A DNA stretch of 64,000 bases from Blepharisma stoltei ATCC 30299. Its lineage: Eukaryota > Protista > Ciliophora. A program made the position numbers and the translations under genes. Position 1 is the stretch's first letter; the number at the start of each line of letters is the position of its first letter. A model generated the notes under the pieces. That model was given only the letters and a program-made list of their open reading frames with translations. It had not been told where the DNA came from and ran no database searches. The stretch lies in contig CBFDEM010000062.1 of NCBI GenBank assembly GCA_965603825.1, positions 1 through 64,000 on the forward strand, given 5' to 3'. Positions 62,676-64,000 of this stretch are shown here, piece by piece.

Positions 62676-63515
62676 ATGGCTTTAACGCTGCTTATGAGTT
62701 TTCTTGGGATAGCTGCATCCCAATCTTTCTCATACGATTACCATGGAGTTGAGTGGTCCAGCTATTGCGTCAATGGCCTAAGTCAATCTCCAATCAATAT
62801 CACAAAGGCCTACGATGGCCTCGAGTTGCATGAAAACGACAATGACGCTAACTACGCTTATTTTAAACTAGACTGGAGTGAGCGCCACCTCAAGCCCACT
62901 TACAATCCATTTGTAAACTTCGTCCTAAACTCAGATTTTGGTTTCTCAAACCTCACCAGTGCTGATGAAGTCCTTATAGACTCCTACCACATTCAAACTA
63001 TTAAGGTCCACTACCCATCTGAACATAGATTTAATAATGATGGGAGTGATATTTATGCCCTTACCAACCCTAACGAAATGGAAGTCCAATTCGAACACAA
63101 GAGCTTGACGACTGGCAACGTTATGATTTTGGCAATTATTTATGAGTGGGGAAGTTCTAATTTCTTTATCGAGTCACTTATTGATTCTTTTAACAATCCA
63201 AGTGGCGCTACTATTAGGATGCCAGAAGCAATTCCTGGGCCTAAATATTTGTGGAACTATTATAATTACACTGGGTCTTATACAGTGCCTAGCTGTGGAG
63301 AAGGTATCACTTGGGTAGTTAAAACTCATAAAGAAACAGCCAGCTTAGAACAATTAGACTTTTTCAGAGGAATTCTCATGGCGAATTATTCAGGAGGAAA
63401 TTACAGGTATGCCCAGCCTCTAAACAATAGGACAATTTACAAGTATTCTTCAGATTCAGGAGCAAGCGCAATATTCATGATTTTTGGAGGGTTGGTCCTT
63501 TCTTTCTTAGCTTAA
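62676..63515 (+). CDS. Alpha-carbonic anhydrase-like secreted/GPI-type protein, probably non-catalytic
   Basis: Signal peptide, QSPINI, PSEH, YTGSYTVPSCGEGITW, NYRYAQPLNNR and a hydrophobic tail. Confidence 0.85.
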   Translation: MALTLLMSFLGIAASQSFSYDYHGVEWSSYCVNGLSQSPINITKAYDGLELHENDNDANYAYFKLDWSERHLKPTYNPFVNFVLNSDFGFSNLTSADEVLIDSYHIQTIKVHYPSEHRFNNDGSDIYALTNPNEMEVQFEHKSLTTGNVMILAIIYEWGSSNFFIESLIDSFNNPSGATIRMPEAIPGPKYLWNYYNYTGSYTVPSCGEGITWVVKTHKETASLEQLDFFRGILMANYSGGNYRYAQPLNNRTIYKYSSDSGASAIFMIFGGLVLSFLA

Positions 63516-63599
63516 AATAACTCTAATAAAAATCATTAAAAATATTATAGATAAAAGACTGGATATTAGGCAAATAATAATAACATTTATATATTTAAG

Positions 63600-64000
63600 A
63601 TGGAAGGGAAAAGATCGTCCAAAGATGAAAGCAGCGGTAGTTCAGATGAAATTGAGTCCCAAGAAGATATTGAAGAAGACCTTCCAAAAAGTGAAGAAGA
63701 GGAAGATAAAGGGTCTAATAAGTCACATTCTGATAATGAGCTTGGTGTTATGAAATTACGCAGGAAAAAAACCCAAAGGAGTACCTATAGTTTTCGTACT
63801 GACAGAAGAAATCCTCGAGGCACAAGAACTAAAAAAAGTGAGTCCAAGCGAAAACAAGCTTTAGCCGGCCGCGGAAGAAAAAAAGCAAAAAATTCCTATG
63901 ACAAGCCAGACTGAAGCAAACGCAGCGAAAGTGAAAGCGAAGAATCTTTTACAGCTGTGGAGCATACAGTTGAAAGCCAAGCCCTTCCTATCGTTGAAAA
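63600..64000 (+). CDS. Partial CDS with acidic/basic low-complexity N-terminus, runs off the window
   Basis: ATG after an AT-rich leader; the frame stays open through TGA (63912) to the window end. Confidence 0.6.

Overview
This is a telomere-proximal 64 kb of an AT-rich ciliate chromosome, most likely a heterotrich of the Blepharisma type. Three features support this: a (CCCTAACA)n telomere at 1-2487, TGA read as Trp at many invariant Trp positions (TAA/TAG remain stops), and 15-nt GT..AG introns. The supplied ORF track therefore fragments most genes, and I re-joined them using UGA=Trp. Positions 2.5-12.7 kb form a subtelomeric patchwork of broken genes: UTP6, TPR, kelch-like, a piggyBac transposase fragment and a split AAA-ATPase/PD-(D/E)XK gene. 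This patchwork contains a reciprocal ~5.6 kb inversion with 6-bp microhomology. The rest is gene-dense: a 1480-aa surface protein, MFSD12-like transporter, two chitin synthases, amidase, FolC, pinin, hydrolases, CTL transporter, two serine carboxypeptidases, calcineurin B, NEK kinase, CWC27, ribokinase, derlin, TDP1, an Ank-Sec7-PH protein and a carbonic anhydrase-like protein. The two most striking items are (1) a non-canonical tRNA-like Pol III gene at 61870-61942 whose enlarged anticodon loop is centred on CUCA, in a genome that reads UGA as Trp, and (2) an intact, intronless 1108-aa bacterial-type AAA-ATPase plus PD-(D/E)XK nuclease with a putative dead Ulp1-like protease at its N-terminus. 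The latter sits between long direct repeats and has a broken second copy in the subtelomere. All calls come from manual reading and motif recall; no searches were run.
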